Source: Patescibacteria group bacterium
Lineage (GTDB): Bacteria; Patescibacteriota; Minisyncoccia; Phycocordibacterales; JAKAEA01
Assembly (NCBI GenBank): GCA_040387855.1
Contig: JAZKCY010000001.1
Coordinates: forward strand, 25,334 to 89,333
Length of the DNA: 64,000 nt
Reading direction: 5' to 3'
Of this stretch, positions 27,171-36,696 are shown in pieces. A program made the translations under genes and the position numbers. The notes below the pieces were generated by a model that searched no databases, was not told the origin of the DNA, and was given only the letters and a program-made list of their open reading frames with translations. The first letter of the stretch is position 1. Every line of letters starts with the position of its first letter.

Positions 27171-27512
27171 ATGCTTCCTCGAAACCGTAGGGTTTCAAAA
27201 AGCCTTTTCAATGAGGCAATGAAAGGTGGAAAAACCTTTCATTCACCTCATTTTCTACTCCGACTCAGTTCTGGAATGCCACAAGAACTGAGTCGTTGTG
27301 CTATAACGATATCTAAAAAAGTAGATACAAGAGCTACTGAACGTAATAGATTACGTAGAAAACTGTCTTCATATATAGAAGAGATCCTAGCTACCCTACC
27401 GTCTGGTTATATTGTCCTTATTTCCGTTAAAAAGGGGCTTACACGCTCTACTGTTGAAGAATGTGGTGCAGAGCTCGTTCAGTTGGTACATAGAGCTACA
27501 GGTAAGATTTAG
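27171..27512 (+). CDS. rnpA: ribonuclease P protein component
   Basis: 113 aa basic protein immediately after rpmH; LPRNRR..K..F motif typical of RnpA. Confidence 0.8.
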   Translation: MLPRNRRVSKSLFNEAMKGGKTFHSPHFLLRLSSGMPQELSRCAITISKKVDTRATERNRLRRKLSSYIEEILATLPSGYIVLISVKKGLTRSTVEECGAELVQLVHRATGKI

Positions 27513-27547
27513 GAGCTCTTTTTATTTACATTTGATACAATCAACTC

Positions 27548-28264
27548 ATGTTTAAAACACTTTTCTATATACCTATATACAATGCATTAGTTTTTATTAT
27601 TGATATTCTCCCAGGGCACAGTGCTGGTTGGGCTGTGGTTCTGCTTACTATACTAATCCGTTTTGTTCTCTATCCTCTTGCGAAAAAATCAATCAAAACT
27701 CAGATTTTGATGAAACGCATAGAGCCTGAAGCAAAGCGAATTCGAGAAAATGTTGCAGATAAGCAAGATCAAGCTCGACAGCTTATGAAGCTCTATAAAG
27801 ATAATGATATTAATCCATTTGCTGGATTATTCCTCCTTATTCTCCAGTTCCCTATTCTCATTGGTCTCTATAATGTGTTTCGAAGTGGTTTACCAAAAAT
27901 TGATGTAAGTATTTTGTACTCATTTGTTCAAGAACCTACAATAGTTGTGATGACGTTCTTAGGAACTGATCTACTTCAGCGAAGTTTTATTCTCGCCCTT
28001 ATAGCTGTTATTACTCAGTTTATTCAAATTAATCTTGCTCTCCCAAAACAGCCTCCAACTGCTCCTAACCCAAACAAAAAGCCATCATTTCAAGATGACT
28101 TTGCTAAGAGTATGAATACTCAAATGCGGTATATATTTCCTTTGATTATCTTCCCTATAGCCTATATTTCATCGGTAATCTCACTCTATTTCATAACTAG
28201 TAACATCTTTATGTCTATTCAAGAGGTATACATTCGTCGACGTCTAGAAAAAGGGATTAAATAA
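27548..28264 (+). CDS. yidC: membrane protein insertase YidC/Oxa1 family (short form)
   Basis: 238 aa polytopic; LYPL..K core; rpmH-rnpA-yidC order. Confidence 0.8.
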   Translation: MFKTLFYIPIYNALVFIIDILPGHSAGWAVVLLTILIRFVLYPLAKKSIKTQILMKRIEPEAKRIRENVADKQDQARQLMKLYKDNDINPFAGLFLLILQFPILIGLYNVFRSGLPKIDVSILYSFVQEPTIVVMTFLGTDLLQRSFILALIAVITQFIQINLALPKQPPTAPNPNKKPSFQDDFAKSMNTQMRYIFPLIIFPIAYISSVISLYFITSNIFMSIQEVYIRRRLEKGIK

Positions 28265-28272
28265 CTAGATTA

Positions 28273-29493
28273 CTAAACTTGAGGTTCATTTAGTGTACTT
28301 TGTGGAGTAATTCTTAGACTCCATAGTGAGAAATCTTTCTTGTTACCAAAGATAAAGAAGTTCCCATCAGGACTTATTGTGGGATTAATAACATCGATTG
28401 ATTGTTTATAGGTTGCTACCAATGAGCCTACGAGTTCTGGTGCTGTTCCGGGTATTATTTTATAAATAGCATCATTTGATGATGTGAATCCTAAATACCA
28501 TACATCAGGATATGCTCCATCAAAGAGAGATTCGGGTACTGCACAATAAAGTGTATCTGTTTGTACTGTTGACCATGTACATTTATCTGTAAGCGTATTT
28601 ACACCAGTATTAATTACCGTAGCATCTTTAAGAGACAGAATATTTAACGTGTTGTTACTATCTGAATATGCTAAATGAGTCGCTGTAGGATTCACAAGAA
28701 CGGTTAATCCTCTAATATCACCTAAGACCTTTTTAAATTCTTGTGTTTTTGGGTTTAAAAAGTACGCGAACCCATCATCGGTGGCTGAAGCATTGGTCGC
28801 CAACATAATAGTATTTGCTTCTGGCCAAGATACTATCCATTCGCTCACTGATGAGTCAAATATCTTTTTTGGGTTAGAACCGTCATATGCTGCAACTATC
28901 CCATCGGCTCCATCAGCAGTTTTTTGTATATAAAATATCTCTTTACCTGAAGGTGAGTACGCAACAGATCGAATATTTATTGGATACGAAGTAAACTGCG
29001 CTGTAGATGTGGCTGATGTAGAAAAGACATATCCTGATGTGTAAATGTCAGCATGTGCTTCATCAACATAACGTAACAATACATTCTTTCCTTGAGGATC
29101 CATTTGAGATTCATACACAGTAGGGACGGTTGTATTAACAACTTTTCTAAGCTCCCCTGTTCCAGGATATACATCACTAATATGTCCTGTTCCTCGCTCT
29201 GTATATCGTATGATGGTCGTGCTTGCAATGCTTACTGCTGCTCCACCTGCCACTGGTGCAGATGATACTTTCACAAGAATACTTGCTAAAAATGGATTTT
29301 GATTTGGTGTGGATGTTGTTGACTGATTTGGTGGAAGACTTGCAACTGGTCTGTCTCCTGAAATTGGAAAATCTGTCGTAATAACATCCGTAGAATCATT
29401 TTGATTTGATGAACGGAAAAATAAAAAATATGTAGCAATCCCAACTGCAAGTATAAAGAATATGATTCCTCCAATAAATAGTTTTTTTAACAT
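28273..29493 (-). CDS. membrane-anchored beta-propeller (TolB/PD40-like) protein
   Basis: N-terminal signal-anchor; repeated blades with SPSGKEIFY and SPDGNFFIF-type PD40 motifs; last gene of the T4SS-like array. Confidence 0.5.
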   Translation of the reverse strand: MLKKLFIGGIIFFILAVGIATYFLFFRSSNQNDSTDVITTDFPISGDRPVASLPPNQSTTSTPNQNPFLASILVKVSSAPVAGGAAVSIASTTIIRYTERGTGHISDVYPGTGELRKVVNTTVPTVYESQMDPQGKNVLLRYVDEAHADIYTSGYVFSTSATSTAQFTSYPINIRSVAYSPSGKEIFYIQKTADGADGIVAAYDGSNPKKIFDSSVSEWIVSWPEANTIMLATNASATDDGFAYFLNPKTQEFKKVLGDIRGLTVLVNPTATHLAYSDSNNTLNILSLKDATVINTGVNTLTDKCTWSTVQTDTLYCAVPESLFDGAYPDVWYLGFTSSNDAIYKIIPGTAPELVGSLVATYKQSIDVINPTISPDGNFFIFGNKKDFSLWSLRITPQSTLNEPQV

Positions 29494-29505
29494 GTTCGCA
29501 CTTTA

Positions 29506-31551
29506 TTATATCGCAGGTTTACCAAATCCTTCACGAACACGGTTGATAACTTGCTTGGCTGTGTAGTTTGGTCTCCAGTTATTAATATCATTTTTCATTG
29601 CTTCTTGTATAAGTGAGAGATAACCATCATTAGCATATTCAGGATGTGGATAGGTCACGCCAGTTATAGGAGAACTAACTGTTAATACATTACGAGCATC
29701 AACAATTCCTGTTGGGAATGAGTTTTGGGTAACAATAATATTACTTGAAGATTCCTTCCCTGTTCCACCGGGAGTAATACTTCCTTCTACCAATAGTGCT
29801 TTTGACCAGTTAAAGACGATATTATCTTTCAATGTTAAGTCATGAATTCCTACTGCAAGATGTGCATAATCCCCCACTCCACTTTCCAATTGTATTGCAG
29901 GAAAATTTGATCCAGTTCGGTTGTTTGCAATAATATTTCCTGAAGCCACAGTATTACCCCCTGGTTTAATATTTCCAAAAATAATACCAAACCCTCGCGG
30001 TTCACTGCCAATATTCTTAGCACCCACCATTACGTTGTTTGTAATTCGTCCTACTACACCATTTGGATGTCCTGTTCCACTACCGTTAACGAGCCCAAAT
30101 GATAAGTGGATTGCATTGTCATAAAAGAGGTTGTTTTCTACCACCCCACCTGCTCGTGCCTGAAGACCATGGCTTGATGCAAAAGCAAAGATGTTATTTC
30201 TGACCGTTACATTCCAATTGAGTGCATGAATATATGCATTGTGATTTCTTGTGGTTTCCCCTCCTCCATCGAGACGTCGTCCATTACTAAAAAACACATT
30301 ATCTTCTAATAGAATTCCATCAGTCTGATCTATATATAAACCTGAAGAGTCTCCGCCTGTTTTTGAATGACTATTTGTAATAACTGAGCGTCTCAATTTG
30401 AAGTTTCGGTTTTTATTATTGATTACAGAACCATCATTAGTTGTCATATTCAAGGTGATTCCCATTCGGAACCCTTCGATATAGGCATCCTCAATTGTTA
30501 CATCGTGAACTCCCTGACATCCTTCCATCGCAATTCCTTGATTGTTTGAAGTAGTTGTATGAAGATGAATACTTTGGATGAGGATATTACCAGTATTTGA
30601 GCAAATTCGAATTCCAGTTCCTTGTCCAGGAATTGAAATCTTTGGACGTGGTCCTGAACCATACGCCAACACCTTAACACCGTTTCTTCCGGTAAGATCA
30701 AATCCGGATGTCCATGTATCTCCTCGTTTGAGGTAGATAAAATCAGGGTTCTTTGTAAGAGCTTTGTTTATGCTTGAAATTGGGGCTGCCTCGGTTCCGG
30801 GATTACTGTCATTACCCGATGTGCTAACATATACTTTTTTACTTGTTGGTGATGGTGTGACTTGGGTAAAATTGTTTGAGTATGCTGGTTCTGGTTGTAC
30901 TGGTGGAGGTGTGTATGATGGACCTGGTTGTGTTCCACCTGGAATTGTTCCCCCTCCTCCTGTATTAGGGTTATAAACACCTGTGCTCCCTCCTGGAAGG
31001 CCCAACGGTCCACCACTGCTATCGCCAGGTACGTAGATTCCTGCATCTTCAGGATTATATTTAGGTAGTTCATATGATGCGGGTGTTCGTGGATTCAACT
31101 TTGGTCGAGGTACTCCTGGAACCTGTCTTCCTACACTTTCAGCGCCCTTTGAAACTGTATCTGGGTTAAGAGAAGAAGGGTTGAGTGTATAGATTATGAG
31201 CCAAGATCCAATTACGAGAATCAATCCCCACAAGGTTCTTTTAATTATATCTTTACCTTCTCTTTTACCTGTAATAGCATCACTCGACATATAGAGAATT
31301 CCACCATATACAAGCATAAATACAGCAATAACTCCTGATATGCTCACGAGAATTCTGTACATCGAATTTGCATAGACACTCAATCCATTTTCAGCAGGTA
31401 ACGTTGCTCCAGTTTCTGTAGGAAGTGGTGCTAGGAATTGATATGCTTCTCCTACTTCCCCAGCTGCAAATACATGAGCGATTGGAAAAAGTAGTGCACA
31501 CACTACTCCTATAACTACAATCTTAAAACTATTATTGAGTAGGTGTTTCAT
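29506..31551 (-). CDS. fusion protein: VirB2/TrbC-pilin-like N-terminus, Pro/Gly-rich linker, C-terminal right-handed beta-helix domain
   Basis: signal peptide then two hydrophobic helices separated by a short loop (ILVSISGVIAVFMLVYGGILYM, LWGLILVIGSWLIIYTLNP); about 120-aa P/G-rich linker; beta-helix with NHNAYIHALNWNVTVRNNIF, HGLQARAGG, paralogous to 5154-8150 and 8227-10932. Confidence 0.6.
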   Translation of the reverse strand: MKHLLNNSFKIVVIGVVCALLFPIAHVFAAGEVGEAYQFLAPLPTETGATLPAENGLSVYANSMYRILVSISGVIAVFMLVYGGILYMSSDAITGKREGKDIIKRTLWGLILVIGSWLIIYTLNPSSLNPDTVSKGAESVGRQVPGVPRPKLNPRTPASYELPKYNPEDAGIYVPGDSSGGPLGLPGGSTGVYNPNTGGGGTIPGGTQPGPSYTPPPVQPEPAYSNNFTQVTPSPTSKKVYVSTSGNDSNPGTEAAPISSINKALTKNPDFIYLKRGDTWTSGFDLTGRNGVKVLAYGSGPRPKISIPGQGTGIRICSNTGNILIQSIHLHTTTSNNQGIAMEGCQGVHDVTIEDAYIEGFRMGITLNMTTNDGSVINNKNRNFKLRRSVITNSHSKTGGDSSGLYIDQTDGILLEDNVFFSNGRRLDGGGETTRNHNAYIHALNWNVTVRNNIFAFASSHGLQARAGGVVENNLFYDNAIHLSFGLVNGSGTGHPNGVVGRITNNVMVGAKNIGSEPRGFGIIFGNIKPGGNTVASGNIIANNRTGSNFPAIQLESGVGDYAHLAVGIHDLTLKDNIVFNWSKALLVEGSITPGGTGKESSSNIIVTQNSFPTGIVDARNVLTVSSPITGVTYPHPEYANDGYLSLIQEAMKNDINNWRPNYTAKQVINRVREGFGKPAI

Positions 31552-32524
31552 AATTAATTAAAATGTTTTGTGATTCTGATTGCAAAATGTTTGGAATACT
31601 ACTTACCTCTACTCCCACCTGGGTTTTTCCTGAAGTAGTTCCATTCGGACGACGTAGTAGGAGTGTGCTTTCTGAGGTATTCAAATCTGTACCATTGATA
31701 CTCCACACAAAAGAAAGTGTAGGTGTTCCTCCTCTAAAGTCTGTAGAGAAGTTGTAAGGTACGGCACGAAGGCTTATTTCTTCTTGCTCAAGACTACCCT
31801 GTGTACTTAGTGCTCTGTTGTAGAGGGTCCCATAAAGCGGACTCTGTGCATAAAATATTACTGATGGTTGTACGGGTGTAAGATTTAAAGACTGTGTTGC
31901 AATTTGTGATCCGTCAGATGTGGATACAGATACAGAAATATTTATGTTTTTGATTACTATGTCGCCTGTTACTGTAATAGTGTCTTTCCCATAGCCAGAG
32001 GCATCATTTATGAGTTTTCCATCATACTGCCATCGATAAACAAGTTTTTTTCGATCAACTGGTTTATTGCCTACTCGAATATCTGGAATTGCAGTTACTA
32101 CTACATTGCCTTGATATGGAAACTGAGCTTTCCCTTTAAAAAAAGGTGGAGTATATGAATCTGCTTGCCAAATAAGATCTACCGTTGATGGTTGGATGAT
32201 GAAACTTGCATCAGCATTTCCTGCCACAACAGTAACTATTGTCTTAGAATTAGCAGATTGACCTTCTAATGTAAAATAGCGCTCCCCTATTCCTTCAAGT
32301 TTTTTTACGCCATTAACTTCCCAGGTAATTAATGTTGTATTGAGATCAAATGAAAATGATTCTGCGGTAAATGTTACTGATTGACCGGGCTTTGGAGTTT
32401 GTGGACTAGCTCGAAGTGTAATTGATTCACTAAATGAAGGTGGTGTCTGTGCTAAACCAACATGAGCAAAACTCATGCTAAAAATAGAAACAATAATTAA
32501 GGTACTTAAACCCTTCTTAAACAT
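31532..32524 (-). CDS. secreted protein with Ig-like beta-sandwich domains, unknown function
   Basis: N-terminal signal peptide, Thr/Ser/Val-rich beta-strand pattern, no catalytic motifs. Confidence 0.45.
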   Translation of the reverse strand: MFKKGLSTLIIVSIFSMSFAHVGLAQTPPSFSESITLRASPQTPKPGQSVTFTAESFSFDLNTTLITWEVNGVKKLEGIGERYFTLEGQSANSKTIVTVVAGNADASFIIQPSTVDLIWQADSYTPPFFKGKAQFPYQGNVVVTAIPDIRVGNKPVDRKKLVYRWQYDGKLINDASGYGKDTITVTGDIVIKNINISVSVSTSDGSQIATQSLNLTPVQPSVIFYAQSPLYGTLYNRALSTQGSLEQEEISLRAVPYNFSTDFRGGTPTLSFVWSINGTDLNTSESTLLLRRPNGTTSGKTQVGVEVSSIPNILQSESQNILINYETPTQ

Positions 32525-32552
32525 ATAAATAAGTATACACTAGTGTCCGCTG

Positions 32553-33686
32553 TTACGCTGCTCTTTTATTCCCCAATGCTGGCATAGGTCGAGATGTCTG
32601 TGGTCGAATTTGCATTGGTTTACCCTGTTGTTGAGGTTGTCGAATATTTTGGAGTGGTTGTTGACGCATCATGGGACGCTCAGACGACTGAGAAGATCGT
32701 GACCCACTATTTCCATCATAATAAGAAGTATTTTCTCGCTGCCGTTCAACTGCATAATCATCTTCTTCATCTTGCATGCCTTGAAGTTGCTGATTATATT
32801 CAATAGCCATCTGCCGTTTTTGCTCATTTTTAGCATGCATAGCAGCTGCTTCTGCTTTCATTTTTATCATTTTATTCCTTGTACGTGTAGCAATGAAGGT
32901 TGTCATTATCGTACCTACAATAGTCCAAGGAATCCAACTAATAAATGGCAGCCAGCTCAATATTGAACATATAATATATACACCAAAGATTTTTGGCATC
33001 AATATTAATTTCCCAAACTTTTTTAAAAGTACGGCAACCCACAGAATAGAATACATAATACCTGTAAGGGTACCCATAAGTGGTAGAAGTCCGATTGCCC
33101 AGAAAATAACTGAGCAAACTGCCAATCGAGCAGTAATCGACATGTTTTTCATGAAGCCTTTGGGAGTAAAATGGATGTGTTTAGCCATTTTCTTAGCAGC
33201 ACCGCGCACTCGTGATCCAGCACTCTTTATGTTTTTTCCAGCATTTTCGGCAGATGCACTGAGTTTTTTTGTGGCTTTTGCTGTTTCTTCTGCTAATTTT
33301 CCTCCAGCCTCCAGTCCTTTTCCTGCAAATTGTGCACCGATTGAGGCTCCTTTACCCAATGCTCCTACAGCAATCATAGGCACACCCACGACAGCACCTA
33401 CTGCAGTAGCACTAGCAGCTTTACCTGCATTCATGAGTGCATCACTGCCTGCTCCAGTGGCTTTTGCTGCTGCTTGTACACCTTTACCAACGTTTTTCAC
33501 TCCCTTTCCTGCAATCTCTCCTGCTTGGCTTGCATGTTTTGCAGTTGCAGCTGAATGTTGCACCATTGAACCAACACGTTCAACGTTTCTGCCTGCATGA
33601 TCTACACGTTGAGACATGTGATGAGCTTCCCGTTGGCGTGGGCTTTTTTCAAACTCAGATGGTTCTGATCGTTTTATTCCATCCAT
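32553..33686 (-). CDS. membrane protein with A/G/K-rich N-terminal region, three or four TM helices, Gln-rich C-terminus (T4SS accessory candidate)
   Basis: low-complexity AGKGVKNVGKGVQAAAKATGAG region; TM segments ITARLAVCSVIFWAIGLLPLMG etc.; directly downstream of the VirB4 gene. Confidence 0.4.
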   Translation of the reverse strand: MDGIKRSEPSEFEKSPRQREAHHMSQRVDHAGRNVERVGSMVQHSAATAKHASQAGEIAGKGVKNVGKGVQAAAKATGAGSDALMNAGKAASATAVGAVVGVPMIAVGALGKGASIGAQFAGKGLEAGGKLAEETAKATKKLSASAENAGKNIKSAGSRVRGAAKKMAKHIHFTPKGFMKNMSITARLAVCSVIFWAIGLLPLMGTLTGIMYSILWVAVLLKKFGKLILMPKIFGVYIICSILSWLPFISWIPWTIVGTIMTTFIATRTRNKMIKMKAEAAAMHAKNEQKRQMAIEYNQQLQGMQDEEDDYAVERQRENTSYYDGNSGSRSSQSSERPMMRQQPLQNIRQPQQQGKPMQIRPQTSRPMPALGNKRAA

Positions 33687-33696
33687 AGACTAATGT

Positions 33697-35502
33697 TTAA
33701 TTTCCCAATTCTTCTTTTGCTTTTCGAATAGCGAGGATTTGAGATGGATCTGAGGTAATGATTTGATCTTCTGTATATGAAGCAATAATTTTGACAGCTA
33801 CGTGTTTTACACCGGCAAAGAAGATCCCTTCCCCTACTCCTGATTCTAAAAGAAGATATTTTTCTTCATCTGTAAGATTGAACGTTGCCTGAAGCTTATC
33901 AATAGATGTTGGAGACTGCTTCAAAAGCATTTGGATAGATGAGTTGGTAATAATTGGCATACCGTAAGGAGATTTTAGGAAGTCATCTACGTCTTGAGTA
34001 ATTGTCGCGAGTCCAAGATAATATTTTCGTCCTCGTTTTGCTAAAGAAAGCAAGAATGAAGCCGTATCTTCTGATTTCATCATCCACCAAGCCTCGTCGA
34101 TAACAAGCAATCGCTTTTTAATATCACGTCGAATTGCATTCCAAATGTAGTGAGTCACAATATACATTGCGATTGGTTTCAATTCGTCTTCCATGTCTCG
34201 CACTGAGAACACTATGAACTTTTTGTTCATATCTACGTTTGTAGGACGGTTGATAAATCCTGACCATGTTCCTTTTGTGTATTTGGTCATTCGTTGAGCC
34301 AGTGACTCCCCTCCTTCCATACCTGCAAGCACCAATTCGAAGTCTGAAAGTAGAGGTGGTTCTATATTTGAGAAATCTGATTCAGGTGTAATATCTTTAA
34401 GAGCATATGTTTCGGTAATTGCTCGATCAATAATTGCATCTTCTTCAGGTGAAAGACCTCCAAGCATGATTCGGAAGAGTCCTACGAGGTTAATGATATT
34501 TGATCGCAATACTGATGAAGATGATTCATCTTCATGGATAGGTGGAAGATCAAATGGATTGATATGGTGCTCTGAGTTTAAAGAAATATTGAAATAGCGG
34601 CCTCCAGTAGCTTCTGCAAGGTATTCATATTCTCGCTCTGGGTCAATTACAATCACATCAGCATCAAACATTAATGTACGCACAATTTCGAGCTTTGTAG
34701 CGTATGATTTACCAGATCCAGACTTAGCAAATGTGATTGAGTTGTAGTTTTCAAGAGAAAAACGATCAAACAACACAAGACTAGAATTATGACGGTTAAT
34801 TCCATAGAGTATTCCCTTATCTGAAGTAAGATCGAATGATACGAATGGGAAAATACTTGAAAGTGGTGTTGAGTTAATTTTAGAATTTACGGCAAGACCA
34901 TCGTTTCCAAGTGGGAGCATACTTTTAAAGCCTTGTTCTTGTTGAAACAGAGCAGGTTTAATGTATACAAGCTTTGATTCAAGAATAGATTTAATTTCTG
35001 ACTCTATCTTATCGAGTTCTGCATCAGATTCACCATAAATAGACAAATAAAGGCCAACATCAAAGAGTTTCTCTTGTGCTTGTTGAAGATTGTCTCGAAG
35101 GTTTTCAAGATCCTGATATGCAGTATCAAGCATAGGGTCACGTACTAGGCCCTTCTCTTCTCGAATAGAAATCTGACTTTGAATTTCTGCTACCTTCTTT
35201 TGAAAGTGTCGGAGGATTGTAGCTGTCTCAATTGGGTGAATAAAAATAGAAATATCAAAAATCCGATCGAGATTAATGATTGGAGAGAACCAGTTTTCAG
35301 AAAGAAATCGTGGATATGAAATAACAAAAAATGTTCGAACTATCTTGTCCCCTAAGTTTAGGGATCGAGGTGAAATTTTTAATGCAGAAGGAGCAATAAT
35401 ATCTTTAAGTTCTAATGCAGATGCTTCGTAAATTTGCTGAGGTAACGCAGAACTAATATCAGCCTGTGAATCTTTTTTATTAAATAAGTTAAATAGTCCC
35501 AT
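33697..35502 (-). CDS. VirB4/TrbE-family ATPase, C-terminal 601-aa portion (second half of a split VirB4)
   Basis: Walker A AKSGSGKS, Walker B LLVIDEAWWM, conserved FQQEQGF and IAPSALK..P..L..GDK motifs matching Gram-positive VirB4 homologs (Tn916 Orf16 / TcpF / PrgJ type). Confidence 0.8.
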   Translation of the reverse strand: MGLFNLFNKKDSQADISSALPQQIYEASALELKDIIAPSALKISPRSLNLGDKIVRTFFVISYPRFLSENWFSPIINLDRIFDISIFIHPIETATILRHFQKKVAEIQSQISIREEKGLVRDPMLDTAYQDLENLRDNLQQAQEKLFDVGLYLSIYGESDAELDKIESEIKSILESKLVYIKPALFQQEQGFKSMLPLGNDGLAVNSKINSTPLSSIFPFVSFDLTSDKGILYGINRHNSSLVLFDRFSLENYNSITFAKSGSGKSYATKLEIVRTLMFDADVIVIDPEREYEYLAEATGGRYFNISLNSEHHINPFDLPPIHEDESSSSVLRSNIINLVGLFRIMLGGLSPEEDAIIDRAITETYALKDITPESDFSNIEPPLLSDFELVLAGMEGGESLAQRMTKYTKGTWSGFINRPTNVDMNKKFIVFSVRDMEDELKPIAMYIVTHYIWNAIRRDIKKRLLVIDEAWWMMKSEDTASFLLSLAKRGRKYYLGLATITQDVDDFLKSPYGMPIITNSSIQMLLKQSPTSIDKLQATFNLTDEEKYLLLESGVGEGIFFAGVKHVAVKIIASYTEDQIITSDPSQILAIRKAKEELGN

Positions 35503-35515
35503 TCTCGTTAATATG

Positions 35516-36154
35516 CTAGTTTATTTTGATTGGCTTTTCTGTGTCTCCAGGATTGAATAACTTATAGAAAAGCTCTACTACCTCTTCTGTTCCGAGCTGC
35601 ACGACTCTAATCCCGCATCGCACAAGTCCCTGCTCTACAACTGATACACGCTCTTCGAGCTGTGCTCTATTTTCTTCATATATTTCATCATCCCGGCGCT
35701 TTACTTCTGCGGCTCCCTTACTTCGCTTGAAAAAGCTTAATGGACTAGCCCCCTGACTAATAGAAGGGCTATAAGGAACAACAATAAAGAAACTCTTAGT
35801 CATAATATTTGTAGTTTCAGTAAAGTTCTTTATGAAGTTTATATATTCTTGGGTCTGAATTTTCAAAAGATCAATAACCTGTTCTTTAAGGCGGTTCTCA
35901 AGAAGGGCTAGATATGGCCGGATATCAAGCTTTCGTGATTGTACAAAGATCTGAATAGAAAAATCTAATGAGTTTAAAAAGTCCTGGAACTGATAGAGAG
36001 TGGCATTTTGCTCTTCTTCAGATTTCAACGCAAAGTTTACTGAAGATGCTAAAACAATAGCTCGCATAGATCCATCTTTAAGGATTGCATATCCATCACG
36101 TATTTCTTTAATGGGAACAAATTCTTGAGTTGCCTTGCCAGGTTGTGAAGCCAT
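35516..36154 (-). CDS. VirB4 N-terminal domain encoded as a separate 212-aa ORF
   Basis: FVPIKEIRDGYAILKDGSMRAIVLASSVNFALKSEEEQNATLYQFQDFLN parallels the conserved N-terminus of Gram-positive VirB4 proteins; stop TAG 13 nt upstream of the ATPase ORF start, different frame. Confidence 0.6.
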   Translation of the reverse strand: MASQPGKATQEFVPIKEIRDGYAILKDGSMRAIVLASSVNFALKSEEEQNATLYQFQDFLNSLDFSIQIFVQSRKLDIRPYLALLENRLKEQVIDLLKIQTQEYINFIKNFTETTNIMTKSFFIVVPYSPSISQGASPLSFFKRSKGAAEVKRRDDEIYEENRAQLEERVSVVEQGLVRCGIRVVQLGTEEVVELFYKLFNPGDTEKPIKIN

Positions 36155-36203
36155 GATTACATTGTACCATGATCATGAACTACTCTCGTATATAAAATGT
36201 GAA

Positions 36204-36656
36204 TTACTTTTGGAGTGGACTCTTACTTCCCTCTTTTGTAACGGGATTTAAGGCTTCTTTTGTATCGAGACTCCAGCTTAAATCTTTTAGTTTACTATCT
36301 GAAAGCTTTGGAATAAATGCAGATGTTGGATCTGAATCTACAGCTGCATCTTTTTTAGCTGCCATTATTTGGCGTTGTTCATGTCTCCAGATATAGAGTT
36401 TGGGATTTACTAAATAATTAAATGCTGATTCTAATACTACAATGAGAGGCTTGTTGTTAATTCTATAGAATGCAAACATTCCTGAAATTGCGCAGATTGG
36501 AAGTATAACTACGAGTGCTAGTAAGAAGCTTGGTATAAAAAGATAGGCAATAACAGACATCCCTGCCCCTCCGGCAAGATAAATAAACTGTTTGAGGGTG
36601 AGTGGCCCAAAGATCTTATCTTCAACTTCTATAAATTGAGGAATTTGAAACCGCAT
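36204..36656 (-). CDS. PrgI/VirB3-like small membrane protein
   Basis: 150 aa; conserved F.PLTLKQF.YLAGGAG core followed by two TM helices; immediately upstream of VirB4 as in Gram-positive T4SS. Confidence 0.6.
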   Translation of the reverse strand: MRFQIPQFIEVEDKIFGPLTLKQFIYLAGGAGMSVIAYLFIPSFLLALVVILPICAISGMFAFYRINNKPLIVVLESAFNYLVNPKLYIWRHEQRQIMAAKKDAAVDSDPTSAFIPKLSDSKLKDLSWSLDTKEALNPVTKEGSKSPLQK

Positions 36657-36696
36657 AGTTGTTCTATGCGGTTCATTATATCATATTTAATTTTTA

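Noticed and set aside
32893-33600. 235-aa plus-strand ORF
   Set aside because: Antisense to the 377-aa membrane protein gene, with an alanine-rich low-complexity translation typical of antisense to GC-enriched coding DNA.
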